Assembly (NCBI GenBank): GCA_900768875.1
Contig: CAAGEP010000006.1
Span: 71,950 to 135,949, forward strand
From: Alphaproteobacteria bacterium
GTDB lineage: Bacteria > Pseudomonadota > Alphaproteobacteria > CAAGCB01 > CAG-977
DNA: 64,000 nucleotides
Direction: 5' to 3'
The notes below the pieces were generated by a model. That model did no database searches. It had not been told where the DNA came from and saw only the letters and a program-made list of their open reading frames with translations. Both the position numbers and the translations under genes were made by a program. Position 1 is the stretch's first letter; every line of letters begins with the position of its first letter. Positions 27,612-36,585 of this stretch are shown one piece after another.

Positions 27612-28244
27612 TTACATATCCCCGGGACGTTTGCGGTACGGGTCTTTGAATTTAAACGAAGCGTCGTCCACGGGCGAGTTGAATTCCGTATTGTTCAGCG
27701 TAACCAGCGTGGTAACGCCCTGCGCATCCGTTACGCGCCATTGTTTCAGCGTCAGCGGCTTGTCTTTGAAAACCAATGTGATTTTTCCCGCGTGCGGCTG
27801 GTCTTGGCGGAAGACCGTCAGACTGATCAATCCGTTTTCGTGTTCGACATTTTCAACCGTCAGATGTTCTTTGTCAAACGACAGGCTGTCTTTCATAATC
27901 AAAGACGCGGGATTGTCGTCCAAGTCCAAGTATGTTACCTGTTCCAGTTTTTTGTCGTGGAAAATCAGATAGTAGCCGTCCGCAACGATTTCAACGGGCT
28001 GAGTCGTGTATTTCAACCGCATTTTGTTGGGCTTTTTCATCAAAAAAGTCCCTTCCGCCGCCGCACCGTTTTGAGATACCTGATAGAAATCGCTTTTTAT
28101 CGACCGCACGCCGTTGAAGTATTTTTCCACCGCAGTGACGGTTTGTTTTTGGCTGTCCGTCAGCGGAGCGTATTTTATCTGCTGCGCCTGCGCCTGAACG
28201 GCAAACACGGTTAAAATCAACAGAAGGCATACTTTTTTGAACAT
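27612..28244 (-). CDS. lolA: outer-membrane lipoprotein carrier protein LolA
   Basis: Signal peptide MFKKVCLLLILTVFAVQAQA and the LolA family fold signature. Lies downstream of ftsK. Confidence 0.7.
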   Translation of the reverse strand: MFKKVCLLLILTVFAVQAQAQQIKYAPLTDSQKQTVTAVEKYFNGVRSIKSDFYQVSQNGAAAEGTFLMKKPNKMRLKYTTQPVEIVADGYYLIFHDKKLEQVTYLDLDDNPASLIMKDSLSFDKEHLTVENVEHENGLISLTVFRQDQPHAGKITLVFKDKPLTLKQWRVTDAQGVTTLVTLNNTEFNSPVDDASFKFKDPYRKRPGDM

Positions 28245-28254
28245 GGCTTTTCCT

Positions 28255-30552
28255 TTAAGTGTGTTCGGGAACCAAAATTTCGCGTTTGCCCGCAACGTTC
28301 GGAGCGGAAACGACGCCTTCGCGTTCCATTTGGTCGATTAAATCCGCCGCGCGGTTGTAGCCGATTCGCAGCTGGCGCTGAATATAGCTGGTCGTCGGCT
28401 TTCTGTCGCGCAAAACAATCGCTACGGCTTTGTCGTACAAGCTGTTGGCGTCGTCGTCCGCCGAAACGCCTGCGCCCGTGCCGTTCGCCGTTCCGACGGC
28501 TTCGGGCGGTTCTTCGGTTACCGCCTGTTCGTATTGCGGCGTTCCCTGCAGCCGCAAATGCGCCGTAATCGCTTCGACTTCCGCATCGCTGACAAACGGG
28601 CCGTGCAAACGCTTCGCCCGTTGTCCCTGCGCCAGATAAAGCATATCGCCGCGTCCCAACAGCTGTTCCGCGCCTTGCTCGCCCAAAATCGTGCGGCTGT
28701 CGATTTTCGTTGTAACACGGAAGCTGATTCGTTCGGGAAAGTTTGCTTTAATCGTGCCGGTGATGACATCCACGGACGGTCGTTGCGTCGCCATAATCAA
28801 GTGAATGCCCGCCGCGCGCGCTTTTTGCGCAATGCGCTGAATGGCGACTTCCACGTCTTTGCCCGCCGTCAGCATTAAATCCGCCATTTCATCGACAATC
28901 ACGACAATGTAAGGGAACGGACGCAAGTTCAGCGGCTGTTCTTCGTACACGGGAACGCCGTCGTCGTACCCCGTCAAAACGGTACGGGTCATCGGTTCTT
29001 TGGAAGCCAGCATTTCCTTGACTTTGGCGTTGTAGCCGTCAATGTTGCGCACGCCGATCTGACTCATCAGCTGGTAGCGGTCGTCCATTTCCCGCACTGC
29101 CCAGTTCAACGCCAAAACCGCTTTTTTCGGATCGGTTACGACAGGAGTCAACAGATGAGGAATGCCGTTGTACACGGACAGTTCCAACATTTTCGGGTCA
29201 ATCATGATAAAGCGCACCTGTTCGGGCGTCAAACGGTACAGCAGCGACAAAATCATCGTGTTAATCGCGACGGATTTACCCGATCCCGTCGTCCCCGCAA
29301 CCAGCAAGTGCGGCATTTTCGCCAAATCCGTAAAGGTCGGTTTCCCGCCGATATCCTTTCCCAAAGCCAGCGTCAACGGCTTTTCGGATTTTTTGAATTC
29401 GTCGGTTGCCAGCAATTCCTTCAAGTACACGTCGGCGCGTTTTTCGTTGGGCATTTCGATGCCGATGACGCTTTCGCCGGGAACGACCGCGATGCGCACG
29501 GAAAGCGCGCTCATCGATCGCGCGATGTCGTCGGCAAGGTTGATAACGCGCGTTGTTTTAATCCCCGGAGCAGGCTCCAGTTCAAACAAAGTAACGACAG
29601 GGCCGGGGCGGACGTTGACGATTCTGCCTTTGATGCCGTATTCCTCCAACACCGTTTCCAACTGACGGGCGCGAGCTTCCAAAGCGTCTTTGCTCATCAC
29701 GGGTTCTTTGTCGGCTTTGGGTTTTGCCAAAAAGTCCAGCTTCGGCAAATGAAAGTCCTGTTTTTGATAATCGCGCTGCTCCTTGATGGAACGCAAAGGC
29801 GACGGCTTCGGCGCGGTATGTTTTTCGGGTTGCGGCGTTTCGCCCAAATCCAAATCGCCTTGTTTTGTAAACAGGCTTTCGGGGATTTCATCGGGCGGGT
29901 TTTGTTCATCGGCGGTTTCCGTTTCCTTTTTGCGGCGTAAAATCAAACCGAACAATTTGCCGCAAGCCGTTTCCAATGCGGAAAACCACCGTTTCAACAG
30001 CCAGAACGGAATTCCCAAAGTCGCCGCCAGTCCGAACACCGCCGCCGCGAACGCAAGCGGCTGAATCACAAAAGCGGGATACGGAAAGTGCGCTTTTTCC
30101 AATAAAGCAATCACGGGCGTGTAAAACGCGGGCACCACCGCGCCGCCCGCGCCCGCGTAAACGGGCCATCCCGCCGCAAAGGGCAGGGCGGACAGCATAA
30201 TCAAAATCAACAGCAACGTGGGAACAAAGCACAAAATGCGCAAAGCTTGAAATTTATGCCATTTTAAACGGAGGACGATGATTCCCCAAGCAATCAAAGC
30301 AATCGGGAACAGCAAAGCGCCGAATCCGAAATACTGCCACAACGTATCCGACAGATACGACCCGAAATAGCCCAGCGCGTTGTGCGGCGTTTCACCCGTC
30401 GCGGTATTGAACGACGGATCGCTTATCCGGTAGGTCGCCAGCGCGGCCGCAACGGCAACGCCCGCCAAAACGACGGCGATTCCCGCACAACGAACGGCGG
30501 TTTGGTGGAAAAACGCCTTGACCACAGGCGGGAGCAGAGGTTTACTGTTCAT
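28255..30552 (-). CDS. ftsK: DNA translocase FtsK
   Basis: N-terminal 4-TM domain, linker, then a motor domain with Walker A GTTGSGKS and a C-terminal gamma domain. Confidence 0.85.
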   Translation of the reverse strand: MNSKPLLPPVVKAFFHQTAVRCAGIAVVLAGVAVAAALATYRISDPSFNTATGETPHNALGYFGSYLSDTLWQYFGFGALLFPIALIAWGIIVLRLKWHKFQALRILCFVPTLLLILIMLSALPFAAGWPVYAGAGGAVVPAFYTPVIALLEKAHFPYPAFVIQPLAFAAAVFGLAATLGIPFWLLKRWFSALETACGKLFGLILRRKKETETADEQNPPDEIPESLFTKQGDLDLGETPQPEKHTAPKPSPLRSIKEQRDYQKQDFHLPKLDFLAKPKADKEPVMSKDALEARARQLETVLEEYGIKGRIVNVRPGPVVTLFELEPAPGIKTTRVINLADDIARSMSALSVRIAVVPGESVIGIEMPNEKRADVYLKELLATDEFKKSEKPLTLALGKDIGGKPTFTDLAKMPHLLVAGTTGSGKSVAINTMILSLLYRLTPEQVRFIMIDPKMLELSVYNGIPHLLTPVVTDPKKAVLALNWAVREMDDRYQLMSQIGVRNIDGYNAKVKEMLASKEPMTRTVLTGYDDGVPVYEEQPLNLRPFPYIVVIVDEMADLMLTAGKDVEVAIQRIAQKARAAGIHLIMATQRPSVDVITGTIKANFPERISFRVTTKIDSRTILGEQGAEQLLGRGDMLYLAQGQRAKRLHGPFVSDAEVEAITAHLRLQGTPQYEQAVTEEPPEAVGTANGTGAGVSADDDANSLYDKAVAIVLRDRKPTTSYIQRQLRIGYNRAADLIDQMEREGVVSAPNVAGKREILVPEHT

Positions 30553-30564
30553 CGTTTCACCTGT

Positions 30565-31206
30565 TTAATTGTTCGTCGCCGAAGCATTCATTTCCAACAG
30601 CAACACCAATGTGTCAAAGAATTTTTCGGGCGAAACGGCTTCCAGCAGAGCTTCCTTTTCCGCCGCGGAAAACGGCAGCAGGCTTGCCAGCGTCATCAAA
30701 ACCTGTTCGTCGGGGATTTGCTTCAATCCCGTCGAATCAAAGTCCAGATTGTTGGAATACGCGTATCTGTCCAACGCCGCATACAGACGCCGTTTGTCAA
30801 ATTTGAATTTTTTAAGGGCGAAATCCGCCGAAAACGGCTTGAAGTCGACTTCAACATTGCGATACGTCAAGTTCGCGTGTTCGATTTCCCGCACGACGTT
30901 AAAGCGCGAAATCCCCGTCAGCGTAATCAGCAAAACATTGTCGGCTTCGGCGAAACCCGATATTCTGCCCGCGCATCCGACGTGATACAAATCCGGCGTT
31001 TTCAACGGACCGTCCTGCCCTTTGGGCTGAATGACGCCGACCATCCTTGACGACGCCAACGCGTTGAAAACCAAACGGATGTACCGCATTTCGTAAATCC
31101 GCAAATTCAGCTTTGTCCCCGGAAACAAAAAAGACCCCGAAAACGGCAAAGCCGGCAAAATCGTCGGCAATTCGACCATTGTTACATCAAACAGGTTGTC
31201 GCTCAT
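30565..31206 (-). CDS. Lon protease N-terminal (LON substrate-binding) domain protein
   Basis: 213 aa carrying the LON_N domain only (FPGTKLNLRIYEMRYIRL...). Confidence 0.6.
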   Translation of the reverse strand: MSDNLFDVTMVELPTILPALPFSGSFLFPGTKLNLRIYEMRYIRLVFNALASSRMVGVIQPKGQDGPLKTPDLYHVGCAGRISGFAEADNVLLITLTGISRFNVVREIEHANLTYRNVEVDFKPFSADFALKKFKFDKRRLYAALDRYAYSNNLDFDSTGLKQIPDEQVLMTLASLLPFSAAEKEALLEAVSPEKFFDTLVLLLEMNASATNN

Positions 31207-31218
31207 TTTTTTGCGCCT

Positions 31219-32160
31219 TTACGAAAACAACAAAGAAGACAGCTTGCGCCGTCCCGCGACCGTAATCGGATTTGAATTGCCCAAAGAGGTGAAGATTTTG
31301 AACAATTCCTGCCGCGCCGCATCGTTGTTCCAATCGCGATTCGTTTTGAAAATCGTTATCAGCTCGTCAATCGCGGCTTCGGGTTTGTCGGCGGCGAACA
31401 AAGCGACGGCGTAATCGAAACGCGCTTGCAAATCATCGGGATTTTGCTTCAGCTTTTCGGCGGCTTTATCGACTTCGGGCGCGTTTTGGTTTTCAATCGC
31501 GATTTTCAAAGCGGCTTTGGCGGCATCCAGTTCGGGGCTTTTGACCGACGCGTCCAGCCCGTCCGCCATGTCTTGCGCGGCGTCGAATTGCTTGAGCTTG
31601 ATAAAGCAGCGAATCATTCCCGCAAAAGCGGCGGGATTGGCTTCGTCTTTTTCCAAAACGGCGGCGTATTGCCCCAATGCCGCGTCCGCGTTGCCGCTCT
31701 GCAATGTTTCGGCGGCTTTTTTCAGCAGTTCGTCCAGCGAAAGAGCGTCTTTGCCGATTAACGCCTGCATGACTTGTTTCAACTGCTGTTCGGGAATTTC
31801 ACCCGCGAATCCGTCCACCAAAGCACCTTTGGCGAAAATCATGGTTGTCGGCACACTGCGAATCCCCAGCTGAGCCGCCAAAGGCTGACATTCCTCGACG
31901 ACAAAGCGCACCAACGCCGCTTTTCCGTTTGCCAGTTTGACATACTTTTCCAACAGCGGAAAGAATCGGTCTTTTTCAACGGCGGCAGAGGTGAAATACG
32001 CCAAAACGGTGCGTTTTTTGGATTCTTCGGCAACATCGGCCTTAAAAGTCTGCATCGAACCGTCTTTGACAGCGGCGGCGGCAGGCGCGGCGGGAAGCGC
32101 GTTTTCGTCAAGCAACAAAGGCATTGGTATTCCTTTCGATTCAAAAATTTTCTGTATCAT
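31219..32160 (-). CDS. thioredoxin-domain + TPR co-chaperone (YbbN/CnoX-like)
   Basis: N-terminal thioredoxin fold without a CxxC motif, then C-terminal TPR-like helical repeats. Confidence 0.55.
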   Translation of the reverse strand: MIQKIFESKGIPMPLLLDENALPAAPAAAAVKDGSMQTFKADVAEESKKRTVLAYFTSAAVEKDRFFPLLEKYVKLANGKAALVRFVVEECQPLAAQLGIRSVPTTMIFAKGALVDGFAGEIPEQQLKQVMQALIGKDALSLDELLKKAAETLQSGNADAALGQYAAVLEKDEANPAAFAGMIRCFIKLKQFDAAQDMADGLDASVKSPELDAAKAALKIAIENQNAPEVDKAAEKLKQNPDDLQARFDYAVALFAADKPEAAIDELITIFKTNRDWNNDAARQELFKIFTSLGNSNPITVAGRRKLSSLLFS

Positions 32161-32267
32161 ATCCGAAAACGGGGGAAATTTAAACGATGTTTTTCAACAA
32201 TCTGACAGTTGTAACCCTTTGAAAAACAGGAAAATAAAAAAAATCGGCAAAAATATGAAAAAAAATG

Positions 32268-32295
32268 TTGCAAAACAAAAACAATTCTATATACT
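32268..32295 (+). promoter_or_regulatory. candidate sigma70 promoter for tRNA-Gly (TTGCAA-N16-TATACT)
   Basis: Sequence match ~20 nt upstream of the tRNA 5' end. Confidence 0.35.
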
Positions 32296-32317
32296 GCCCC
32301 TTGTTCAAGATGAGAGC

Positions 32318-32392
32318 GCGGGTGTAGCTCAGGGGTAGAGCGCAACCTTGCCAAGGTTGATGTCGAGGGTTCAAATCCCTTCGCCCGCTCCA
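32318..32392 (+). tRNA. tRNA-Gly (anticodon GCC), CCA encoded
   Basis: Cloverleaf: acceptor GCGGGTG/CGCCCGC, D-arm AGCTCAGGGGTAGAGC, anticodon loop CTTGCCAAG, T-arm GGGTTCAAATCCC, 3' CCA. Followed by the terminator hairpin CCGTCCATTAGGACGG + T7. Confidence 0.85.
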
Positions 32393-32398
32393 ATAAAA

Positions 32399-32715
32399 AA
32401 GCCGTCCATTAGGACGGTTTTTTTATTGGAAGTAGGCAAGGGGCTTGAACCCGAGAAGAGGGTTCGGCCGAAGCGAGAGCGAAGGCAACGCCGTGGAACG
32501 GCGGCCCGCAGGGCGAGCGTCAGCGAGTAAATCCCTTCGCCCGCAAAATTTGCCAAACCCTTAAATTCCAAGCCGTCCATTAGGGCGGTTTTTTTATTGG
32601 AAGTAGGCAAGGGGATTGAACCCGAGAAGAGGGTTCGGCCGAAGCGAGAGCGAAGGCAACGCCGTGGAACGGCGGCCCGCAGGGCGAGCGTCAGCGAGTA
32701 AATCCCTTCGCCCGC
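32399..32715 (+). repeat. two tandem ~146-nt units (32399..32544 and 32570..32715, ~98% identical, 171-nt period), each starting with the tRNA terminator hairpin and ending with a copy of the tRNA-Gly 3' end (AAATCCCTTCGCCCGC)
   Basis: Direct sequence comparison. The units look like att-site or tRNA 3'-half duplications of the kind left by integrase-mediated insertion and excision at tRNA genes. Confidence 0.75.
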
Positions 32716-32888
32716 AAAAGAAAGGCGTTTTCGGACGGCGGCGGTTCGACCGGAACAATCTGAATTCCGTTATGATAATTCGGTTGCGGCAAAATACGGG
32801 GCGGGCTTTTTTCTTGTCGAAAGAAAGGGAAACGCTTATACTTAAGGTACGGAAAAAATTGTTATTCTTAAAATCGGGGAAATTTTTA

Positions 32889-33206
32889 ATGAAAAAGTTC
32901 GTTTTTGTTTTATTGTGCGGCGGTATCGGCCTTTATGCCGAATCCGCTTTTGCCAAAGCGCAATGTCCCATGGGAATGACGCAGGAACAGTGCTGTTCAT
33001 CCAACGGCACGCTGACGATTGACGCGGCTAGCGCTCTGTGCGGATCGCAGGCCACAATCAAAGGCGTGTATTATGCGGGATGCGCCAAATGTCCCGCCGG
33101 ATTTGAAGAAGGCGGATCATCATCGTCGTCGTCATCATCCGCCACGGCGTTGTCCTGTAAATATCCTTTGACGCTGTCTTCGGACGGCTGTTGCTGCGGC
33201 AAATAA
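32889..33206 (+). CDS. small secreted cysteine-rich protein (105 aa) ending ...DGCCCGK
   Basis: Signal peptide MKKFVFVLLCGGIGLYAESAFA|KA. 12 Cys. A Ser8 run. C-terminal CCC motif shared with the downstream paralog. Confidence 0.55.
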   Translation: MKKFVFVLLCGGIGLYAESAFAKAQCPMGMTQEQCCSSNGTLTIDAASALCGSQATIKGVYYAGCAKCPAGFEEGGSSSSSSSSATALSCKYPLTLSSDGCCCGK

Positions 33207-33219
33207 AAAGGGGGCGGCC

Positions 33220-33723
33220 ATGAAGAAACTTTTGCTGGTTTTGATGATGAGCTTTGCGGCCTGCAATGCGCAGGCGCGCGCCATTAAGCTGGGAGATGCG
33301 GCATCGGATGTCGGAACGGGGACATCCGTTGTCAAAAAACGGGTATGCACGTCGAATTCTCAATGCATTACGTCGCTGTGTTTAGAGGGAAAATGCGTGC
33401 GTTGCAACAATGAAGATAAAAAATGCCCCGACGGTCAAGTTTGTCAAGTCAGCGGCGTTTGCGTTCCCGGCTATTCCTGCCGTTCTTCCGACGAATGTGA
33501 TTACGGTTATAAATGTGTGTCGGGAAGCTGTTCGTTGTGTTCCGCGGGCGATCCGGAGTGCCACTGCCCGTCCGGAGCAAAAGCCGACGGTCGCGGCGGA
33601 TGCGTATGCCCCGATGATTCGTTTTCTTATGACGGACGGTGCATTAAATACTGTGCTTATACCGCGTGCAAATCGGGATATACACCGACATACGACGGCA
33701 TGACGGGATGCTGCTGCCGTTAA
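33220..33723 (+). CDS. secreted cysteine-rich protein (167 aa; ~24 Cys) ending ...GCCCR
   Basis: Signal peptide MKKLLLVLMMSFAACNAQARA. Repeated C-x(3-6)-C-x-x-G-x-C modules. C-terminal CCC motif. Confidence 0.55.
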   Translation: MKKLLLVLMMSFAACNAQARAIKLGDAASDVGTGTSVVKKRVCTSNSQCITSLCLEGKCVRCNNEDKKCPDGQVCQVSGVCVPGYSCRSSDECDYGYKCVSGSCSLCSAGDPECHCPSGAKADGRGGCVCPDDSFSYDGRCIKYCAYTACKSGYTPTYDGMTGCCCR

Positions 33724-33736
33724 AATCACGAATACG

Positions 33737-33772
33737 AAAAAGGCTCTTTGAAAATCAAAGAGCCTTTTTCTT
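33737..33772. terminator. bidirectional rho-independent terminator
   Basis: AAAAAGGCTCTTTGAAAATCAAAGAGCCTTTTT. Confidence 0.6.
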
Positions 33773-33777
33773 ATAAA

Positions 33778-34998
33778 TTACTTCTTATTCGCTTCAATCA
33801 GTTTCGCATACAGTTCTTTGGTCTGCAGGGCGATGCTTTGCCAGCTGAAGTGTTTTTCGACGCGCAGACGGCCGGCTTGTCCCATTTTTTTCGCCAAAGC
33901 GGGATCACGAATCAACACGTTGATTTTTTCCGCCAAGCGTGCGGCAAAGTCTTCGCCGTCTTTCGGATCGTGCGGGAAAACGTCGGACAAATCGGGATCG
34001 ACCAGATAGCCCGTTTCGCCGCTGACGACGACTTCTTTGATACCGCCGACTGCGCTGGCGACCACGGGCGTGCCGCATGCCATCGCTTCCAGATTGATGA
34101 TGCCGAACGGTTCGTAAATCGACGGACAGCAGAATACGGCGGCTTGCGAATACAGAGCAATCGCGTCTTCGCGCGAAACCATTTCGGGAATCCAGACAAC
34201 GCCCGAACGGACTTGCTTCAAGGAAGCGACCAGCCCTTCCAGTTCGGCTTTCATTTCAGGCGTGTCGGCGTCGCCCGCGCACAAAACCAGCTGCGCGTCG
34301 GGGTCAAGCTTCGACGCCGCTTTCAGCAGGTACAGCAACCCTTTCTGACGGGTCATGCGCCCGACGAACAGCACATAAGGCTTGTCCGTGCGGATGCCGT
34401 ATTTCTGCAAAACCGCGGTGTCGTCCGTTTCTTTGTACTGATCAACGTCAATGCCGTTGTAGATAATCGACACTTTGGCGGGGTCGATTTTCGGGAACAG
34501 GCGCAAAACGTCGTCTTTGGTGCTTTGCGACACGGCGATGACCGCGTCCGCCATTTCCAAAGCCGTCTTTTCAACCCAGCTGGACACGTCGTAGCCGCGC
34601 CCCAGCTGTTCGCGTTTCCACGGGCGCAGAGGTTCCAAGGAATGAACCGTGACAACCAAAGGAATCCCGTACAGCATTTTCGCCAAAATGCCCGCGAAAT
34701 GCGCGTACCATGTGTGACAATGCGCGATGTCCGCCGTCATATTTTCGCCCGCGAACGCCAATCCTTCGTAAAGGGCTTTCAGCGGCGAAGTCAGTTCTTT
34801 CGGACATTCTTTGAACAAAGACGCGTCGGGAACGCGCCCGTTGACCGTCAAAGATCCGTCCTGATAATGCTGGTCGTGAAAGCTGCGAACCTCGACATCC
34901 ATCAGTTTCGCCAGTTCTTTGGACAGATATTCGACGTGAACGCCCGCGCCGCCGTAAATGTACGGGGGGTATTCGTTGGTAACAAACATAACTTTCAT
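33778..34998 (-). CDS. GT4-family glycosyltransferase, glycogen-synthase/GlgM-like
   Basis: Start MKVMFVTNEYPPYIYGGAGVHVEYL (ATG 34998, RBS GGAGG). C-terminal EX7E-type motif region (IYEPFGIINLEAMACGTPVV). The listed 645-aa ORF includes a spurious N-terminal extension. Confidence 0.65.
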   Translation of the reverse strand: MKVMFVTNEYPPYIYGGAGVHVEYLSKELAKLMDVEVRSFHDQHYQDGSLTVNGRVPDASLFKECPKELTSPLKALYEGLAFAGENMTADIAHCHTWYAHFAGILAKMLYGIPLVVTVHSLEPLRPWKREQLGRGYDVSSWVEKTALEMADAVIAVSQSTKDDVLRLFPKIDPAKVSIIYNGIDVDQYKETDDTAVLQKYGIRTDKPYVLFVGRMTRQKGLLYLLKAASKLDPDAQLVLCAGDADTPEMKAELEGLVASLKQVRSGVVWIPEMVSREDAIALYSQAAVFCCPSIYEPFGIINLEAMACGTPVVASAVGGIKEVVVSGETGYLVDPDLSDVFPHDPKDGEDFAARLAEKINVLIRDPALAKKMGQAGRLRVEKHFSWQSIALQTKELYAKLIEANKK

Positions 34999-35133
34999 AG
35001 AAAAAACCTCCTTAAAAAAAATGATTGTTAACAGGATTACCTTTTCAAAAGCGTTCGTCAATCTTTTAACTGGATTTTTTGCGAAATTTTTTATACAAAA
35101 GGGGAAAACGAATCCTATCAGGGGGCTTGTGAT

Positions 35134-36519
35134 ATGCTGAACAATATGTACGAACAGAATTTTTTGCAAAAAATGCCCGACGGAACGGTCAAACAGGTCA
35201 ACCCGTTCACGGGAACGCAGGTCTGGACGGTTCCCGGCCGCGGAAAACGCCCTACGGTCAATAAAAAACCCGACGAAAACGCCGTTCACGAATCCAAAGA
35301 GATCGAGGATTTCTGCTTTTTCTGTCCGTCGAATTATCTCAAAACTCCGCCCGAAAAGGCGCGCTTGGTCAAAATGCCCGACGGCACGTTCAAAGTGCTG
35401 GAAAATCTGAAAGTGTCCCAGCTGTTCGATACAACCGCCGAATTCCGCCGGATTCCGAACTTGTTTGAAATCATTTCCTATGAATACTGGGAAAAGAACT
35501 ACGCTTACGTCATTTCCGACAAAGCCAACGCCCACCGCGAAGAATACATTTCCGAACCCGAAGGACGGCAGCACGTTTTGGAAATCGTTGAAAACAAATT
35601 GCGGATGAGCGGGCTGTCGCGCGAAGAAATCGACAGCATTTCGTCGGGACGCAAGCTGAAAATGGCAAACAGCTTTTTCGCGGGCGGACATGAATTGATT
35701 ATCGGCAAACGCCACTTTGTCGAAGGAACGGACGAAAAAGCGTCGTCGGGGACTTTAACCCCCGAAATGCACTATCAGTACATCAACTTTACGATTGCCG
35801 CGCTGAAAGACATCTATCTGTCCAACCGCTATGTGCGCTATGTGACCGTGTTCCAAAACTGGCTGAACCAAGCGGGGGCTTCTTTCGACCACCTGCACAA
35901 ACAGCTGGTCGCGATTGACGGCGTCAGCGCGTCCAATGCCGCCGAATTTGAAATGGCGCGCTTGAATCCGAACATGTATAACGACTATGCCGTCAACTAT
36001 GCGGGTTATCAGAATCTGGTGTTTGCGGAAAACGAATATGCGGTCGCGTTCGCCGATTTCGGACACCGCTATCCGACTTTGGCGATTTATTCCAAAGCCG
36101 AGAAAAACCAGCCGTGGAACCAGACGCCCGAACAGGTGCGCGGGATGAGCGATCTGGTGCACGCATGCCACGCCGCGATGGGCAGCGAAGTTCCCTGCAA
36201 CGAAGAATGGTACTATCGTCCGCCCGCAATCGACATCGCCGTTCCGTGGCATATTTTGATTAAATGGCGTATCAGCAATCCCGCGGGGTTTGAAGCTGTG
36301 ACAAAAATCTTTGTCAACACCATTGATCCGTGGACGTTGCGCGACAAGGTTGTCAACCGTCTGTTTGAATTGCGCAAGGAAGGCAAAATCGCAAACGGCA
36401 TTAAAATCGCCGCGGAATGCGACTGCACGCCGAACAGCCTGCTGTACAATCCGTCCCTGCGTGTCGGAGGGGCGCATCCGTATGCGATGCGCGGCCGCGG
36501 CACGACAATGGATATGTGA
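35134..36519 (+). CDS. GalT-like HIT-superfamily nucleotidyltransferase/phosphorylase (galactose-1-phosphate uridylyltransferase-like)
   Basis: CxxC zinc-knuckle-like motif (CFFCPSN) and an H-x-H-x-Q motif (HLHKQL), as in GalT-branch HIT enzymes. Confidence 0.5.
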   Translation: MLNNMYEQNFLQKMPDGTVKQVNPFTGTQVWTVPGRGKRPTVNKKPDENAVHESKEIEDFCFFCPSNYLKTPPEKARLVKMPDGTFKVLENLKVSQLFDTTAEFRRIPNLFEIISYEYWEKNYAYVISDKANAHREEYISEPEGRQHVLEIVENKLRMSGLSREEIDSISSGRKLKMANSFFAGGHELIIGKRHFVEGTDEKASSGTLTPEMHYQYINFTIAALKDIYLSNRYVRYVTVFQNWLNQAGASFDHLHKQLVAIDGVSASNAAEFEMARLNPNMYNDYAVNYAGYQNLVFAENEYAVAFADFGHRYPTLAIYSKAEKNQPWNQTPEQVRGMSDLVHACHAAMGSEVPCNEEWYYRPPAIDIAVPWHILIKWRISNPAGFEAVTKIFVNTIDPWTLRDKVVNRLFELRKEGKIANGIKIAAECDCTPNSLLYNPSLRVGGAHPYAMRGRGTTMDM

Positions 36520-36540
36520 TTTTTGCGGGAAACATCAAAA

Positions 36541-36574
36541 AAAACGCCGATGCTTTTGCAACGGCGTTTTTTGT
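36541..36574. terminator. bidirectional rho-independent terminator (GalT-like / rpoH convergent)
   Basis: AACGCCGATGCTTTTGCAACGGCGTTTTTTG. Confidence 0.55.
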
Positions 36575-36585
36575 AGCTTTGACGA

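Noticed and set aside
32430-32545. Repeat unit as a second, degenerate tRNA gene
   Set aside because: It shares only the 3' ~30 nt with tRNA-Gly. It has no D-arm or anticodon arm and cannot fold into a cloverleaf. Interpreted as an att-like scar or tRNA-3'-derived element instead.
32616-32888. N-terminal part of listed ORF 32616..33206 (MNPRRGFGRSESEGNAVERRPAGRAS...)
   Set aside because: It is a translation of the tRNA-derived tandem repeat unit. The real protein starts at the signal peptide MKKFVFVLL (ATG 32889).
33748-35031. 427-aa ORF on + strand
   Set aside because: Antisense to the GT4 glycosyltransferase gene. Also, the listed 645-aa minus-strand ORF overextends: the true start is the RBS-supported ATG at 34998.
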